This document shows, piece by piece, positions 1 through 12,327 of a DNA stretch of 64,000 nt (position 1 is its first letter; the number at the start of each line of letters is the position of its first letter). The stretch spans positions 62,001 through 126,000 of the forward strand of contig KZ538076.1 in the NCBI GenBank assembly GCA_000934665.2, read 5' to 3'. The position numbers and the translations under genes were made by a program. The stretch is from Catajapyx aquilonaris. Lineage: Eukaryota. The notes under the pieces were generated by a model. The model saw only the letters and a program-made list of their open reading frames with translations, was not told where the DNA came from and searched no databases.

Positions 1-1475
1 GGCAAGGCCACTGGCTCACATATGCGGCTCAATTCCACACAAGTCTCTAATGTTCCGTCCTTCCTGTCTTCATTAACTCGGAGTCTGACCACAACTGCTA
101 CTGAATTTTATCGGACTTGCTTCAGAGATGTGACAAAAATGGGCAAGGTCAATGAAGTCAAAGACCTCGGTTCTCTGTGGGTGTAGGCCAGTCGAGTAAT
201 AACCATCTCTTTTTTTCCCCCTTCCCCAGTCTGCTCCTCCCATAGACACTCTACCCTCCATTTGTCAGGACGGCCTCGAAGCCGAAGGTTCCTAGCCGGA
301 TGAAGCGAAAAGGATGTCATCAGTTAGCGAGGCACCCTATCAGGCTGTATGATGTAGATCACTTGTGCTGCCAAGCAATGTCAAAGTTTAAAATGAACAA
401 GGAAAACAAGTCTTCGATATTATTGCTACCAATCAACCAATGGGAAAATATATAGTGTTCCATCCCATCACACAATAAACCATATTCCAACATTACAAAA
501 TGTCGAGGCTCTGCATTGACCATGTTCATTGTTACTTATCTCACATTGTATACTCTGATAATAATTATTATTAATAATAATAAAGCAGTTCCTAAAAATT
601 ATATTAAGCCGTTGAAACACATGGCAAGGCCACTATTAGGAAAGATGTGAGATTTGCAGGGCATATCTAGATGCGTTTCCTATATGTGATAGCTGTTGAC
701 ACCAAACATCCAGTTCATCCTGCCCACCACAGTGGGAAAACTATAAGCTACAACTTTCCAGTAAAAGGGTTTCAATAGGGTGTTTATGAGGGACCAGTTT
801 CTACCGTGTGTTTAATAATTAAGCTTAGTATGTGTGGAAATGTGGCGGATGCTCCTGGGTCAAGTTGGTATTCCTGAGCCCGCCAATTTGAGTCGATCAG
901 AAGAAGCCAAAGCGCACTTTCCCCACTACTATATACTTCATTTCATCTTCCTTTTCTTCCCCTCATGGGGTCATCAGGACTTGTGTGCGTCACGACATTT
1001 CCGCCGGTACAAACGTAAGCTTGAAACACACGTTAATATAGCACACCAATTGAGCAGTGATCCAAAATACTTGTCCAATTTATATGGCTAATTACTGGCA
1101 TTAAGCTGATTATTTTAATCAGTTACTTTCCCTTTAATAATTACCATAAGTATCAGCTCTACTTTATAATAATCTGCAAAGGAGTCTGGCAAGCACAAAG
1201 TGTGTTCTGTCATTGACGTGAGCACTGGTAGATCAGTCGTGTCATAATACTACGAATTTATTGTCACTAGTTTAAAGGAATCTTTATTTCATTTCCACTG
1301 TACAGCCAATTCATTATGGAAGTCTACACCCAACTTTGCATTATATTAATCATGAACCAAACTATTTGCTGCTGGATTTTTTTTTTTCCGTTGCTGTAAG
1401 TCATAATTATGTGATATGTTCTGTCTACGATACTCTGTCGTTTTTTTCCTTTCTGTTCTCTTCATGCATTTTCAG

Positions 1476-1622
1476 CGCGCACGCGGAGAGTTCGGGCAGA
1501 GGAAATGGTTCCGGAACCCTAAGAAAGCGATGGTAACGCCACGTATTTCGTCGCCCATACGCACCGACGCTTCATCCACCAACCTAAAATATTCTCTGGA
1601 CACGATTCCTCTTACTAACCAG
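1476..1622 (+). CDS. Upstream exon of the plus-strand gene; likely start ATG at 1530 (MVTPRISSPIRTDASSTNLKYSLDTIPLTNQ)
   Basis: Polypyrimidine tract and ttttcAG acceptor at 1475; CAG|gttaat donor at 1623. Phase 0 joins in frame to the 1689 exon across a 66-nt intron. ATG context is GCGATGG. A further upstream donor (aaac|gtaagc at 1015) suggests 5'UTR exons. Confidence 0.6.
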
Positions 1623-1688
1623 GTTAATGCTGCTCAATTTTCAACACTGTAAAACCAGTTCTAAAAATATTCTACGGTATTTTTTTAG

Positions 1689-4334
1689 GAGCACCTTGAC
1701 CGAGGTCATCTGGAAAGCGACCTACCCTGCGATAGTTCCTCGGGCAGTCCTCCCCACGAACCATACCGTGCCAGTGCACCCCCAGCTCAAGTTGGACACC
1801 ATCCTAGCTTTATTCCTCCTGGCAGAAGCATCAGCATTCCGGACATTCACGTGAGCATACACAACCCTGTCGTGATGAGACGAAGTGTGTCGTCTCAAGG
1901 GGAGCTGCACAGCCCATCCACAGAGAAGAACACGCTACAAGTGTCCGTTGCGTACACTATGGCAGCAGCAGAGGCCATAAGCTCAAAGAAAAGCTCCAGC
2001 CCACTCCTACGGAGAAGCAGCAAGTCTGATGAGTCCTTCCATGTGTATGAGGAGTTTCACTACGGACAATTCGGGCAATCAGCTGATGAGTCCCCGGACT
2101 ACTCGGAGCACGAATCTAGAAATGGTGTTGAGGTGGTTGGAAGTGTTGCTACCAAGGATTCTCATTCTCAGGTGCTACAAGAATCTTTATACGAGACGGT
2201 CAAGTTCGGCAACAATGTGGACTGCCTGAATGAAAATGTGTATGAGGAGTTTGAAGGCTTTTCTGACCCGGGTTCGGGACCTACAGTGTCTTATCGAATC
2301 AAGAAGAGTTTGGCGAGACATTTTCCTACTCTGACACGGTCTCCCAGCAAGATACCAAAAGAGCCCTCTCGTACGAAGGCAAAACCCAAAAAGGTGAAAG
2401 AGGCACCTACATTTCCAGACTGCAAGAGAGGAAAGAGCTTCTTCCATAAGCTCTTCCACTTCAAGAAGGATGGCAGCAAGAGAGCCAGAAAGGAAAGAGA
2501 TGCTGATCATGAATATGAGACCATGTACGAGCCAGTTGACTACGATTCGCTCTATGAGATGCAGAGTAACCATGTGATATATCAGACTGCGCAAAAGACT
2601 GACCAATCAACAAGCACTAGTCTCACAAGTGTCCAAAACCAGGATGGTAGTACGTTGCTTGAGAAATCTACCCAGGTGGACATTGAAAGCCTGCAGGAGC
2701 CAACCCCACAACCCGAAGAAAAGCCCTTGGCAGGTTCGCTGCTCATCCTGAAAAAGGAACTTATGAATGAACTCAAATTGAAAATGGAAGAGAAAAGAAA
2801 AAGCCTGGCATCAAATGTAGACGAGACTGACAATTCTGCGCTTGCAGGAATAGAAAACCAGACAAAATCGACACCAAGAGGCAGCCGGAATTTGCAAGTG
2901 CTGTACCCGAAGGAAATGTTGTACACTGGAGAATCCACTGCAACACAAGAACCTTCTTCAAGCCACTCTCCTTTTCAAGATACCTGCGACTACAGCATCT
3001 ACTTTCCCATGGCTTTTCAGACCCCTGACCACACACCACCATTGCCTCCCAAAACCAGAGCTAGACCATTATCTCCAACTCATGATGTCCCTCTAAACAA
3101 CACTCCAGTTGCTGGATACAGCCTCACTTTTCCTCAGGTTCTTCAAGATTCTAGGACAGTCAGACAATCATATAAGCAGCAATATTCATCCGACGATGAT
3201 AGTGTGAGTGACGAACTGCCAAGTATTGAAAACTCACATCCTGCTACAGAGAGTCTCCAGCAGCAATTTGAAGCTTCAGCATTTCCAGTCAGTGAAGAAT
3301 TAATAATTGTGGAACATGTTACAGGCAGCCCATTGACTACTGAAACGGAGATTGTAGAACAAGTCGAGGCTCTTGCCAGTAATAATGTGAATGTGATACC
3401 GAGTACCGAGAAATTGTTGTACGATGTTGAACAACAAGCTAAGACAACCTCCCCAAGCAGCATGTACATAAGACATCTCACAGAAGAAACTCATCCATGC
3501 AACAAATTTGAAGCTTCAGGTTCAGAATATCCAGAAAATGATGAAGTCTTTGACGCGGGCCGAATAGGAAATGATGAAAGCTTGGAGGAAGAATTCAGGC
3601 GTAAACCTTGTTCTCCACCGTCAACCCCACCTTCTTCCTCTGAACATCCAATAGCAACAGTCCTCTCTTCCAGTCCCGATGATAACCAAGACTCTGATCC
3701 AGATTACGATTTTCCCAGACCACACCTATCATCAGCCAACAATGGGTCCAACAGTCCCGACCTCAACGACCAACTAGACGCCATCATCGATTCAGAACGG
3801 ACATCCAGCGACTACGAGTGTGGTTCTGGAGACAGTTGGACTCCTAGGTGGAGCCAGAGGAACTCTCGTGATGGCACAGTGCTGGAACAATGCAGAGACG
3901 ATGAATCAGTGCTAGTTCAAGTTAGCTCCGTGTCTGACGAACCTGAAGAGGATAGTGTTATACTGCGGAATAAGGCTGAACCACGACCCTCACCTGAGTT
4001 ACGAGTGAGTTACGTCGCGACTGAAACTGTGATTGTAGAATCAGAAGAGGTCATGCCATTAGTGCCGGCTAATGGTTCAGGAAAGCCAAAGTTTCAAGTA
4101 GAGATGGACGACCAAACGTTGTTTGCAGGGGATTTTACACTCAAACGTCCAAGTCAGATCCCCACGCCGGAGGACCTGCGGTCTTCAGGAATTAGTCATC
4201 TACAAGAGTTTTTAAATCGCTTGGACGATGAAACGGGTACGGAGAGACAAGGTGCCGTCAGTAAATTAGGACACAGTGTTGCGGTGGCAAAACTTCGTGA
4301 ATTTTTTGAAAAGGAGGGTGGTCATTCGGGATGA
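1689..4334 (+). CDS. Large terminal exon of an uncharacterised, mostly disordered Ser/Glu/Pro-rich protein with many Tyr motifs (about 912 aa from ATG 1530)
   Basis: The 827-aa ORF stays open upstream to the ttttttAG acceptor at 1688. Stop is TGA at 4332-4334, with AATAAA at 4694. I recognise no folded domain. Confidence 0.85.
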   Translation, partial: EHLDRGHLESDLPCDSSSGSPPHEPYRASAPPAQVGHHPSFIPPGRSISIPDIHVSIHNPVVMRRSVSSQGELHSPSTEKNTLQVSVAYTMAAAEAISSKKSSSPLLRRSSKSDESFHVYEEFHYGQFGQSADESPDYSEHESRNGVEVVGSVATKDSHSQVLQESLYETVKFGNNVDCLNENVYEEFEGFSDPGSGPTVSYRIKKSLARHFPTLTRSPSKIPKEPSRTKAKPKKVKEAPTFPDCKRGKSFFHKLFHFKKDGSKRARKERDADHEYETMYEPVDYDSLYEMQSNHVIYQTAQKTDQSTSTSLTSVQNQDGSTLLEKSTQVDIESLQEPTPQPEEKPLAGSLLILKKELMNELKLKMEEKRKSLASNVDETDNSALAGIENQTKSTPRGSRNLQVLYPKEMLYTGESTATQEPSSSHSPFQDTCDYSIYFPMAFQTPDHTPPLPPKTRARPLSPTHDVPLNNTPVAGYSLTFPQVLQDSRTVRQSYKQQYSSDDDSVSDELPSIENSHPATESLQQQFEASAFPVSEELIIVEHVTGSPLTTETEIVEQVEALASNNVNVIPSTEKLLYDVEQQAKTTSPSSMYIRHLTEETHPCNKFEASGSEYPENDEVFDAGRIGNDESLEEEFRRKPCSPPSTPPSSSEHPIATVLSSSPDDNQDSDPDYDFPRPHLSSANNGSNSPDLNDQLDAIIDSERTSSDYECGSGDSWTPRWSQRNSRDGTVLEQCRDDESVLVQVSSVSDEPEEDSVILRNKAEPRPSPELRVSYVATETVIVESEEVMPLVPANGSGKPKFQVEMDDQTLFAGDFTLKRPSQIPTPEDLRSSGISHLQEFLNRLDDETGTERQGAVSKLGHSVAVAKLREFFEKEGGHSG

Positions 4335-4693
4335 CATTGCCTTAGCAGGTTGAAATCAATCTGGCTTCATGACAAGACGATTCTAAGGCAAGTGAAGGTT
4401 AGAGTGATGAAAAACCCAATTATTACCATGGTGATGGTCTTCTAAGAAATGCGACTTCCTTGGTTCGTAGTGTAAAATGATTTTATAAGTGCACTAGCAT
4501 ACTTGCGACAGTGAGAGTTACTCAGGATCAAACGTGCAGTTGTGCCTCACACCTAATGAAGGAGGCGCAACACTACCATTGCACCACCCAAACAACACTA
4601 TCCACACACACAATCGCAAATTATTCATTAAAAATTAAAATATGCGAAGAGATGTAAATGTGTATGTCTCTCATTGGTGCTGTCTAAAATTAC

Positions 4694-4699
4694 AATAAA
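4694..4699 (+). promoter_or_regulatory. Polyadenylation signal of the plus-strand gene
   Basis: AATAAA about 360 nt after the stop codon, followed by T-rich sequence. Confidence 0.55.
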
Positions 4700-5365
4700 A
4701 GTTTCAATCAGCTAAATCGCAGAGAATTATGTTTATTAATCGACCAATAGGCACAGGGATTGGTAAGTTGAATAATTATGACAGAGCTTGACAGCGTCGT
4801 GCTTTGAAGATTTCATCACCTGCACACACCATCTTCAGCTGGCAAAAAAATTACGAAAAATTCGCAATATTCGAAATATCACATTTTAATGCTGAGGCTG
4901 AGCACGTACGAATGTCTAATTCCTGGTTATTTATAATTAACTAATTTCTTTACCCTATGAACCGACAGCGACACTCAGATCATTCTGCAGGATACGCATT
5001 TTTGAATTTTTCTGCTGAATCTAAATATTAAGCTATGCCGCTTATCCACCAATGCACGTATTTTACAAGGAAAATTTCCACAAAATTCTCCACAACAGTT
5101 GATAGCAATTTTTAAACGAGAGTAACTCATATATGACCTACATCTTCACAACAAAGGCGACCATCTTGTTGGTTGGGTAAAAGCTGGCTCCTGCTCTTGT
5201 CGTTGGCAGGGTTTTTGAGGTCTGCCGGGGTTTGTGAGTGTCTGGTGTGGCCCGTGGTTGGGCCGTGGCCTACCTGCGGGGCGGCACGATATGGCTCGCC
5301 CGTTGACACCACTGCCGCACTGCGCGAGAGACGAAGAGGCGGCGCGATACGATACGATACGATCC

Positions 5366-5709
5366 TTTAGACTTTTTCGCGAAAAAGTCTTACAGAACGG
5401 CTCTGTCTGTCTGTCTGCGGACAGGTATCAGACAGACAGACAGCCGTGCTATTGCTATAAGATTTTTTTTTCGATTTTCTGGTTCCGGGTTCACTCTATC
5501 CGCCCCTTCCCCCTGGCTGCCCCCTTCCCCCCCACCACTCCATCACCCTGACCTCCCAGTCTCCCCACCGCCCCCGCCCCCGGATTACCCTTTCCCTGCT
5601 TCCTCCTCCTACCCCCATGATACCTGATACCTGTCCACACAGACGGACGGACGGACGGGAGGAGCCGTGCTATAAGACTTTCTTCGATGGATGAAAAAAG
5701 GTCTTAAAA
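5366..5709. mobile_element. DINE-1/Helentron-like non-autonomous element, foldback-arranged
   Basis: Terminal hairpins (AGACTTTTTCGCGAAAAAGTCT and a related one at the right end), (CTGT)n/(GACG)n microsatellites next to both ends, and T-rich borders. Confidence 0.4.
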
Positions 5710-7749
5710 GATGGGTTTGCTAGGATAAATTTTTTAAAAGGGAAAAGGGCGGTCTGGGGGTAGGAGGAGGGAGGGGAAAAAGGGTAAGTCCACTTTTCGC
5801 CGAAAGAGTTATAGGTGGTTTATTCAGTTTCAATCCCACTACCGTGACGGACGTTGGGGACAACAGCAGTATAAACATGAAAAAGGCTAGCTACGCTCAC
5901 ATGATTTACCAATCGGACCCTTCGCTCCACATCACTTTTGAACCGAATGAAAGCCCAGTGTGGCTTATTTACTCAAGTTATTGTTGCAGCAATAAGCCGC
6001 ACAGCATACCGCCATTGCTGGCTCTGGCCAACCAACAACATGGCCGCGAAAAGTAAACAAATCGAAATGGCGTCACGGCTAAAGGTCCATAAGTAGGCAG
6101 ATATCACCAGTGGCGAATTATAAATTACAAAAAAAAGAAGAAAAAAAGTGTGCTCATATGTTATTGACGTCGGTAAGTGCACTCTGGGAGCTGGGAGCAA
6201 CTGCTTTCAATTAGACTCTGGAATCAAAAGGATAAACAAAGACTGATATGATTAATAATTGTGAAAAATACATAGAGCCTTTTAAGATATGTGTACTGCA
6301 TGCAAGTCCATAACAAGCAGAACTGCTACACCTGGTTACATTTTTGTGCAATAATAAAATTATCTCTGAGTAATAATTACTTTCTAACACACGCCTTCCA
6401 GACTCACCTTACCAGATGCCACTCACCAATGTTAACATTGTACATGTGACAAACTGAACCTGAAACTCAATATCTTGAATCCACATCACCGCCTCAAGCT
6501 TGCTGGCCTAATAAAGGCAAAAGGGAGTTCTGGGAGCTCACCTTAAAATAAAGTAAAACCTACATGTACTGTACACCGCAGAGTTTTGTATTTTGTCATT
6601 ATAAAACTCTTCATCTCTTCACTATGATGGTGGGCACCACCAATCTCTTCATATTTACAAATCACCCCAGGACAATGGAAAGCAACAAATTCTCAACCTC
6701 AATACCTGTGCAAGATATTAAATAATAATAATAAACACTAAATTAGACATCAGCAGTGCACATTCATGCCTGAAAATAGAGATCATGACATGGGCATGAG
6801 GAGAGGGGGGGGGGGGACCACAAATCCGAGAACTAGCCATCAGATTTGATGCAACAATTATCTTTCCTCAGAATCAAGAGTGTCCAGGTTAAGTCTACCA
6901 CAACAACACAAGCATCAACAATTGAATTCCAATAATTGTTTGGCCTCTATTGTCCATGCTACAGGCACTCACTGCATAGAGCTTACAAAACCATTTAGGT
7001 AATAGCAGTGGTGGAAGGTCTATCAGGATTAACTGTTGTAATGCGTGCAACTCGAACAATTTAAGCTCTCGGGGTTGACCACTTTGGCACTGAGAGTGCA
7101 ACATTGTTGATGAAAATTGGGAGGAGCTCTGGGCACACCAAGGATAGGACTGTCAAGAAAACCCACCCTGGAAATTATTACCAACCTTTCGGTTGCAGAT
7201 GCTCTTATGATAATCAATATGGGATATCTTCCAGCATGCCTTCATTGAAGGCGGGGCCTACAGATTTTCTATCTTCACATAGACATTTGCACGCACTGGA
7301 GGAAGAAAAATTGAGGCTGAGAATTGGGTCCAAAAGCTACCAACTTGTGCATGATGAGGGAGAGACAATTGTTCATACAAAAATAAAAACAAATTAGATA
7401 ATACTTCACCTCACTGAACCCTCATCTCACTATGTCATTACACAATATTAAGCACCTGTCCTGTACAAGGGGAAAAAAACTTGGCATTCCCATTTAGTCT
7501 TCTTCCTCAAATAAAATACTATCAACCTTTGCATCCCTTTAGCCTGGAAACTAATTGAGAACACAACTAATGTATAATGCATACAAAACTGAATCCCATC
7601 ACATTGCCTCCATGGGTTGTGGGTCCTTAACTACGAGAAACTCAAGAGAAGCACTTCCACTTGACACTCTTGGGAGAACACATCAGCAGTACATGAGATC
7701 ATGATGAGCTAAACCCTCACCGCATGGTCCCACCCCACCCGGGTATCTA

Positions 7750-8180
7750 CAGGGTTCGGAAATTTAATCTACCGTCACTTTGGGAAATGATAGAGGGTTT
7801 CTAGGTGATCACTTTGAGTATATGCAACATGGGTCTCCAATGCATAGTTACCCAGATAATTAGCATTAAATAAAAAGTGCAATATCCCAGCTTATAGGTT
7901 TCGGATACTGCTTACGACCCTCCCATCTAGGCCATTCCCTGCTACACCTAACCGGATCGTAAATGAAAATGAAATTATATGGTAACACCTTAAGTTTAAA
8001 TGAAAAAGGTAAGGTCGCATGGAAGGACGCATACGTGCCAGGATATTTTATACCTTGTGTGTGAAGCACATTATCTTGGTAACTATGCATCGGAGACCCA
8101 TGTTGCATATACTCAAAGTGATCACCTAGAACCCATCTATCATTTCCCAAAGGGATGGTAGGTTAAATTTCCGAACCCTG
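7750..8180. mobile_element. Tc1/mariner-type MITE
   Basis: TA|CAGGGTTCGGAAATTTAA...TTAAATTTCCGAACCCTG|TA with TIRs of about 110 bp and a TA TSD. Confidence 0.85.
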
Positions 8181-9756
8181 TATATAGTCATAAGAACACC
8201 CCATCTTACATTACAGTTATCAGCTTGAATGCACTCCAGCAAATCAACCCAAAACCCACCATTGGCAGTGATTATTTCAACTGTATGCCACAGTATAATT
8301 CAATGTACAAATGCGTAGGCTATACCTGGCTATACCCATTTCACTGGGGAATATGAAACCTGCTACAGGACCTCCTTATAAGTCACACTGTACTGTACAT
8401 CAGGTCTCTTGAAGCAAGTGTTTTCAGTCCAGTACACAAAGCCTGGGGACACTGGTACCAAATCTTCCAAGTATGAATACACCCCCACCCCCTCTCCCCA
8501 ACCTTTGAATAATTTTGTTGGCCAAAGTGTGACCAACTGCTCTCCTTGACTGGTCAAGTTCACAAATGGTTCGATTAGCATTTAAAGAGGATTTTGAGAG
8601 GCTGTCACCTTGTTGAATGTACAGTAACAATAATACAGAACAATTCCCACATAAATCAGGTCTGCTGCATGTGTCACAAAACACGTACCACCAGAGAGGA
8701 TCTTGAAACGGACAGGTCAATTTGTATTAATTCCTAGCATTGCACAACAAGGAAATCTCCCATGTCATGCATGAGAATCATCGAATTATGATCAGCAGGA
8801 AAAGGACATTATTTATCATTTCCAAGGACGTAAACAGTCCAAATGCTAGGTATTCCCAGTGAAAGGCAGGGAGATGAAGTGACGCTCAACGTGGTGCTTC
8901 ACTTGAAAGGATTCCTTCCAGTCCACTGTTGGCTCCAGTTGTGGTAATTTGTAATGAGGATGTTCCTAGTATTATTAGGTGAAAAAGTTAATCTCAGTTT
9001 TTGCACAATTAGATCTTCTACCAAGAAATCTGGATTTGTAAATTTCAATATTGTAATATTCTCGAACTTCAAGCAGGCACTGAAAGAGTGCATCAGAGAA
9101 TATTATAATCTCTTCTGGAAATGTTAGAAAAAGCTTAATTTTTCAAGTTGCTGATTGTTTGGTAGTATTATTTCATAAAATAAATGATCATGCAACCTTG
9201 TTTGCACCATGTGGCAACCCTTAAAATGGGGCCATGCAATGGGAAACCAACAATTCACACACATTAACTACATATCAATTTCAGACAATTTGCAACCCAA
9301 AAATGACACATTTTCTCTCATTTCCAATATTTAAATTTTTTTTTTACATAATGATTTTAAAATGTGTGCAACAAATTCTGTGGCCATTTGTAGTTTGAAA
9401 AAGTTACCTTGTAAATCCTAATCTTTCAATTGGAATCTAAGGCGTGGCCACTTTTAGTGGTAGACGCTCACCACAGCAACTGGCCACCGTTGCTTATACA
9501 CAGGATTAAATGGGGGCATTCACATGTGGCCACTGCAGTGGCAAGGGTAGGCGTCTGTGGACTCGGAGTGGCTTGCAGGTTGCCCGACTGCGCGATTGAG
9601 TGGCAGGTCCGAGCGTCTTTGCTACTACAAGCGCTCAAGGCCAGGCGCCACTCGGTAGCGGACCATTGGTTTGCACTGGTGCATTCACATGGAGCCACAA
9701 CCACTGGCCACTCACGCCCGCAACAGGCCCACAGGCCCAGTCATATGTCCACGCTA

Positions 9757-10471
9757 CAGGGTCATAGAAAAAGAATATCCCATTTTTAAAACCTTATAAC
9801 TCGAGAACTTGTAGAGATATCTTAATGATTTAAGTTCTGAAATGTTAAGAAATGTCTAAAGTTCTGGTCTTACCATAGTTTGTTTCGATATGAGCTCCAT
9901 TTGTCGCTCAAAAAATGTAAATATGGTAATCGGTGTCCTGCCTAACACTCTTAGGCATGTCTGGCGTTACCGCTGAAATATTTTCTCGTAGGTGATGGTG
10001 GCGCCGAATCTTGTCATCATACATGTACTGTATCTCCACAAAAAAGTCAATCGGGGTAAAATCCGGGCTTCTGGAGGGGCTAGGCATGGAGAAATTTCTC
10101 ATATGAGACTTCTCACAGTGGAAGCTGAACAAGTAAACATTTTCTATGGCAGGTTTATTTCATGAATGAGGCGACTTTTTTTATTTGAATCATCAAGAAC
10201 AATGTCTGTGGTGTAAATATCAGATATATCCAGCACCTACGGGATAGGATTGCAACAGTAACTCCAGATGTGATTATTAGGGTTTGTCCCGACACCGAAT
10301 ACAGGCTTTTTAATCTGCCTAGCGATAAATGAAGCTCACATCGAAAAAACATACCCGAAACCAAAACTGTAGACCTTTCTTGGTATTTCAAAACTTAAAT
10401 CATTCAGATATGTCTGCAAGTAGTCGAGTTATAGTTTTTTTTAAATGGGACATTCTATTTCGATGACCCTG
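9757..10471. mobile_element. Tc1/mariner-type deletion derivative with a transposase remnant
   Basis: TA|CAGGGTCAT...ATGACCCTG|TA with TIRs of about 90 bp. The internal minus-strand peptide PSRSPDFTPIDFF matches the WPxRSPDLTPxDFF motif of Tc1/mariner transposases. Confidence 0.8.
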
Positions 10472-11482
10472 TATTCCATGCCGCGAGGAAAGGGCAGTTA
10501 ACCACCTTGCATTGTGCAATTAGTGAAGGAAATTAATATCCAAGACTTTATATCTGAAGTTGAGGTCTATCCGCCTATCCCGATATTTGCGACGCATCCG
10601 TTGCTGAAAATACTGGGGGGAAAAAATCTTTCATCTTCTTCCCTCAGACCTTGGAATAGTATATAGTCGAGTTCTTTCGACGACCTTTCCAGGCAAGGAT
10701 GAACATGAATTTTCCTGTTTTGCCTGCACTCTTTATTCCTTGTCAATAGAAGGAGTAGCAATAACAATAATGCATTTAAAGCAACTGGTTGCCATACTGA
10801 ATCTGGCCCACCTGCTGTGGCGAGCGTCTGCCCCAGTGCAGTGGCCGACTTGAGCGCTTGCAGTGCCGGAAGCCAGCGACTGCAGTAGGCTGTGGCGCGC
10901 GACTGAAGTGGCCACGTGTGAACCGGCCCTAAGCAGGCAAAAATTGGGTTTCACTTTAACATTGGGAACAACTCAACTAAAATTATCATGATTGGAGTCG
11001 ACAACAATCTCAGTAGAAATCCATTCCTTACAATGCAGTAATAGAAATTAACAACAACCAAGCCAGTCTCGGCAAAGAAGTGTCCCACTCACCATCTCCA
11101 TTCTGCTGCTCACATTCTAGTGGACTGTTGCAAGCTACTATAATTTTTCAGATACCTCTGGTAGATCTTTTTCATGTGAAGGGATTAATAAGGATTTTTT
11201 CCCCATATAAATGTGTAAATCGCCACTTCCACAGCCATTTTGCTTTCACCCCACTGTGAAGCCACCCAGCTCCCAAATATTGCAGACCTGATTTTTATTT
11301 TGGATAGTAAGAGGACTATTGCACCCTGCCAGGAAGGTCAAGGTCAATGAAATATCTTCACTCCATAAGAAGGGTTACACCAACAGGGATTTTGCACTTG
11401 GCTATAAAAGTTAAGTCTTGCTTGTTTTCTCTTGGTGACTGATCTTGACTTTTCAACATTTGATGATTATACTATTGGCACT

Positions 11483-11715
11483 GAAATGGTTCAGACACTT
11501 AGGGGTAGGCTGAGGGTTATGGCGGCTGCCATCGAGGGCACTAGGCGACGCTTGTGCAAGGCTGAGATTTGTCACGTTTTGAGGGAATAGTGTCCTGATC
11601 ATAGACACTTTACTCTCAAAAAGCGATAAATCTCAGACTTGCACAAGCGTCGCCTAGTGCACTCGATGGCGACTGGCATAACCCTCAGCCTTCCCCTCGG
11701 TGCCAGAACCATTTC
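11483..11715. mobile_element. Palindromic foldback MITE
   Basis: GAAATGGTTC...GAACCATTTC; arms of about 110 bp (e.g. GCACTAGGCGACGCTTGTGCAAG / CTTGCACAAGCGTCGCCTAGTGC) with a very short spacer. Confidence 0.75.
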
Positions 11716-11871
11716 CATGCTGAGAGTACTTTCCGCATGCCATGCTTCTGCAGAAGTAGCATATGAAACCAAGGAATTGCAGTCATGCCTTTACTCCAAG
11801 ACTGACGACTTCCTGACAGGCACACAGGACTTGATCCTTATGGTGAGGAATTTTGCAAAATATGTCACTTA

Positions 11872-11996
11872 GGGCCGGTTTCACCGAGCTCAGTATATGA
11901 TAAAACCAGGGTATTTCTCAAAATCCCTATCTATTTGTATGGATTTTCCTAAAGAAACCTGGTTTTATCATATACCAAGCTCGGTGAAACCGGCCC
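11872..11996. mobile_element. PIF/Harbinger (Tourist-like) MITE
   Basis: TTA|GGGCCGGTTTCACCGAGC...GCTCGGTGAAACCGGCCC|TTA, with a 3-bp TTA TSD. Confidence 0.8.
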
Positions 11997-12215
11997 TTAG
12001 AAAGGATTCATCTTGTGTTAGTGAATATGTTGGGTCGTTGAGTGCAATCAACAAGCAACATGATCCTATGTGGGGTTACAGTCCAAGAATTCAGAACAGT
12101 CACTGTTACATCACTTGGCCCCGAGTTAACTGGATGTGCTGTGTAAAAGAAGCAATGGCAGACCTTCTAAAAGGTGGAAGGTAATTCCGATTAAGATAAA
12201 AAGTACTAAACCTAA

Positions 12216-12310
12216 GGGCACAATTCTGAGATGCGAAACTTTCAAAATTCAGTCACAACCTGTCAAGCCCTGAAATCACTCAATTCGAGATGACTCAAAA
12301 TTTCGTGCCC
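12216..12310. mobile_element. Small Harbinger-like MITE
   Basis: TAA|GGGCACAATT...AATTTCGTGCCC|TTA. Confidence 0.5.
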
Positions 12311-12327
12311 TTACTTCTTACAGCAAA

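Noticed and set aside
2187..3494. Antisense ORFs within the large plus-strand exon
   Set aside because: They are shadow ORFs with no independent signals.
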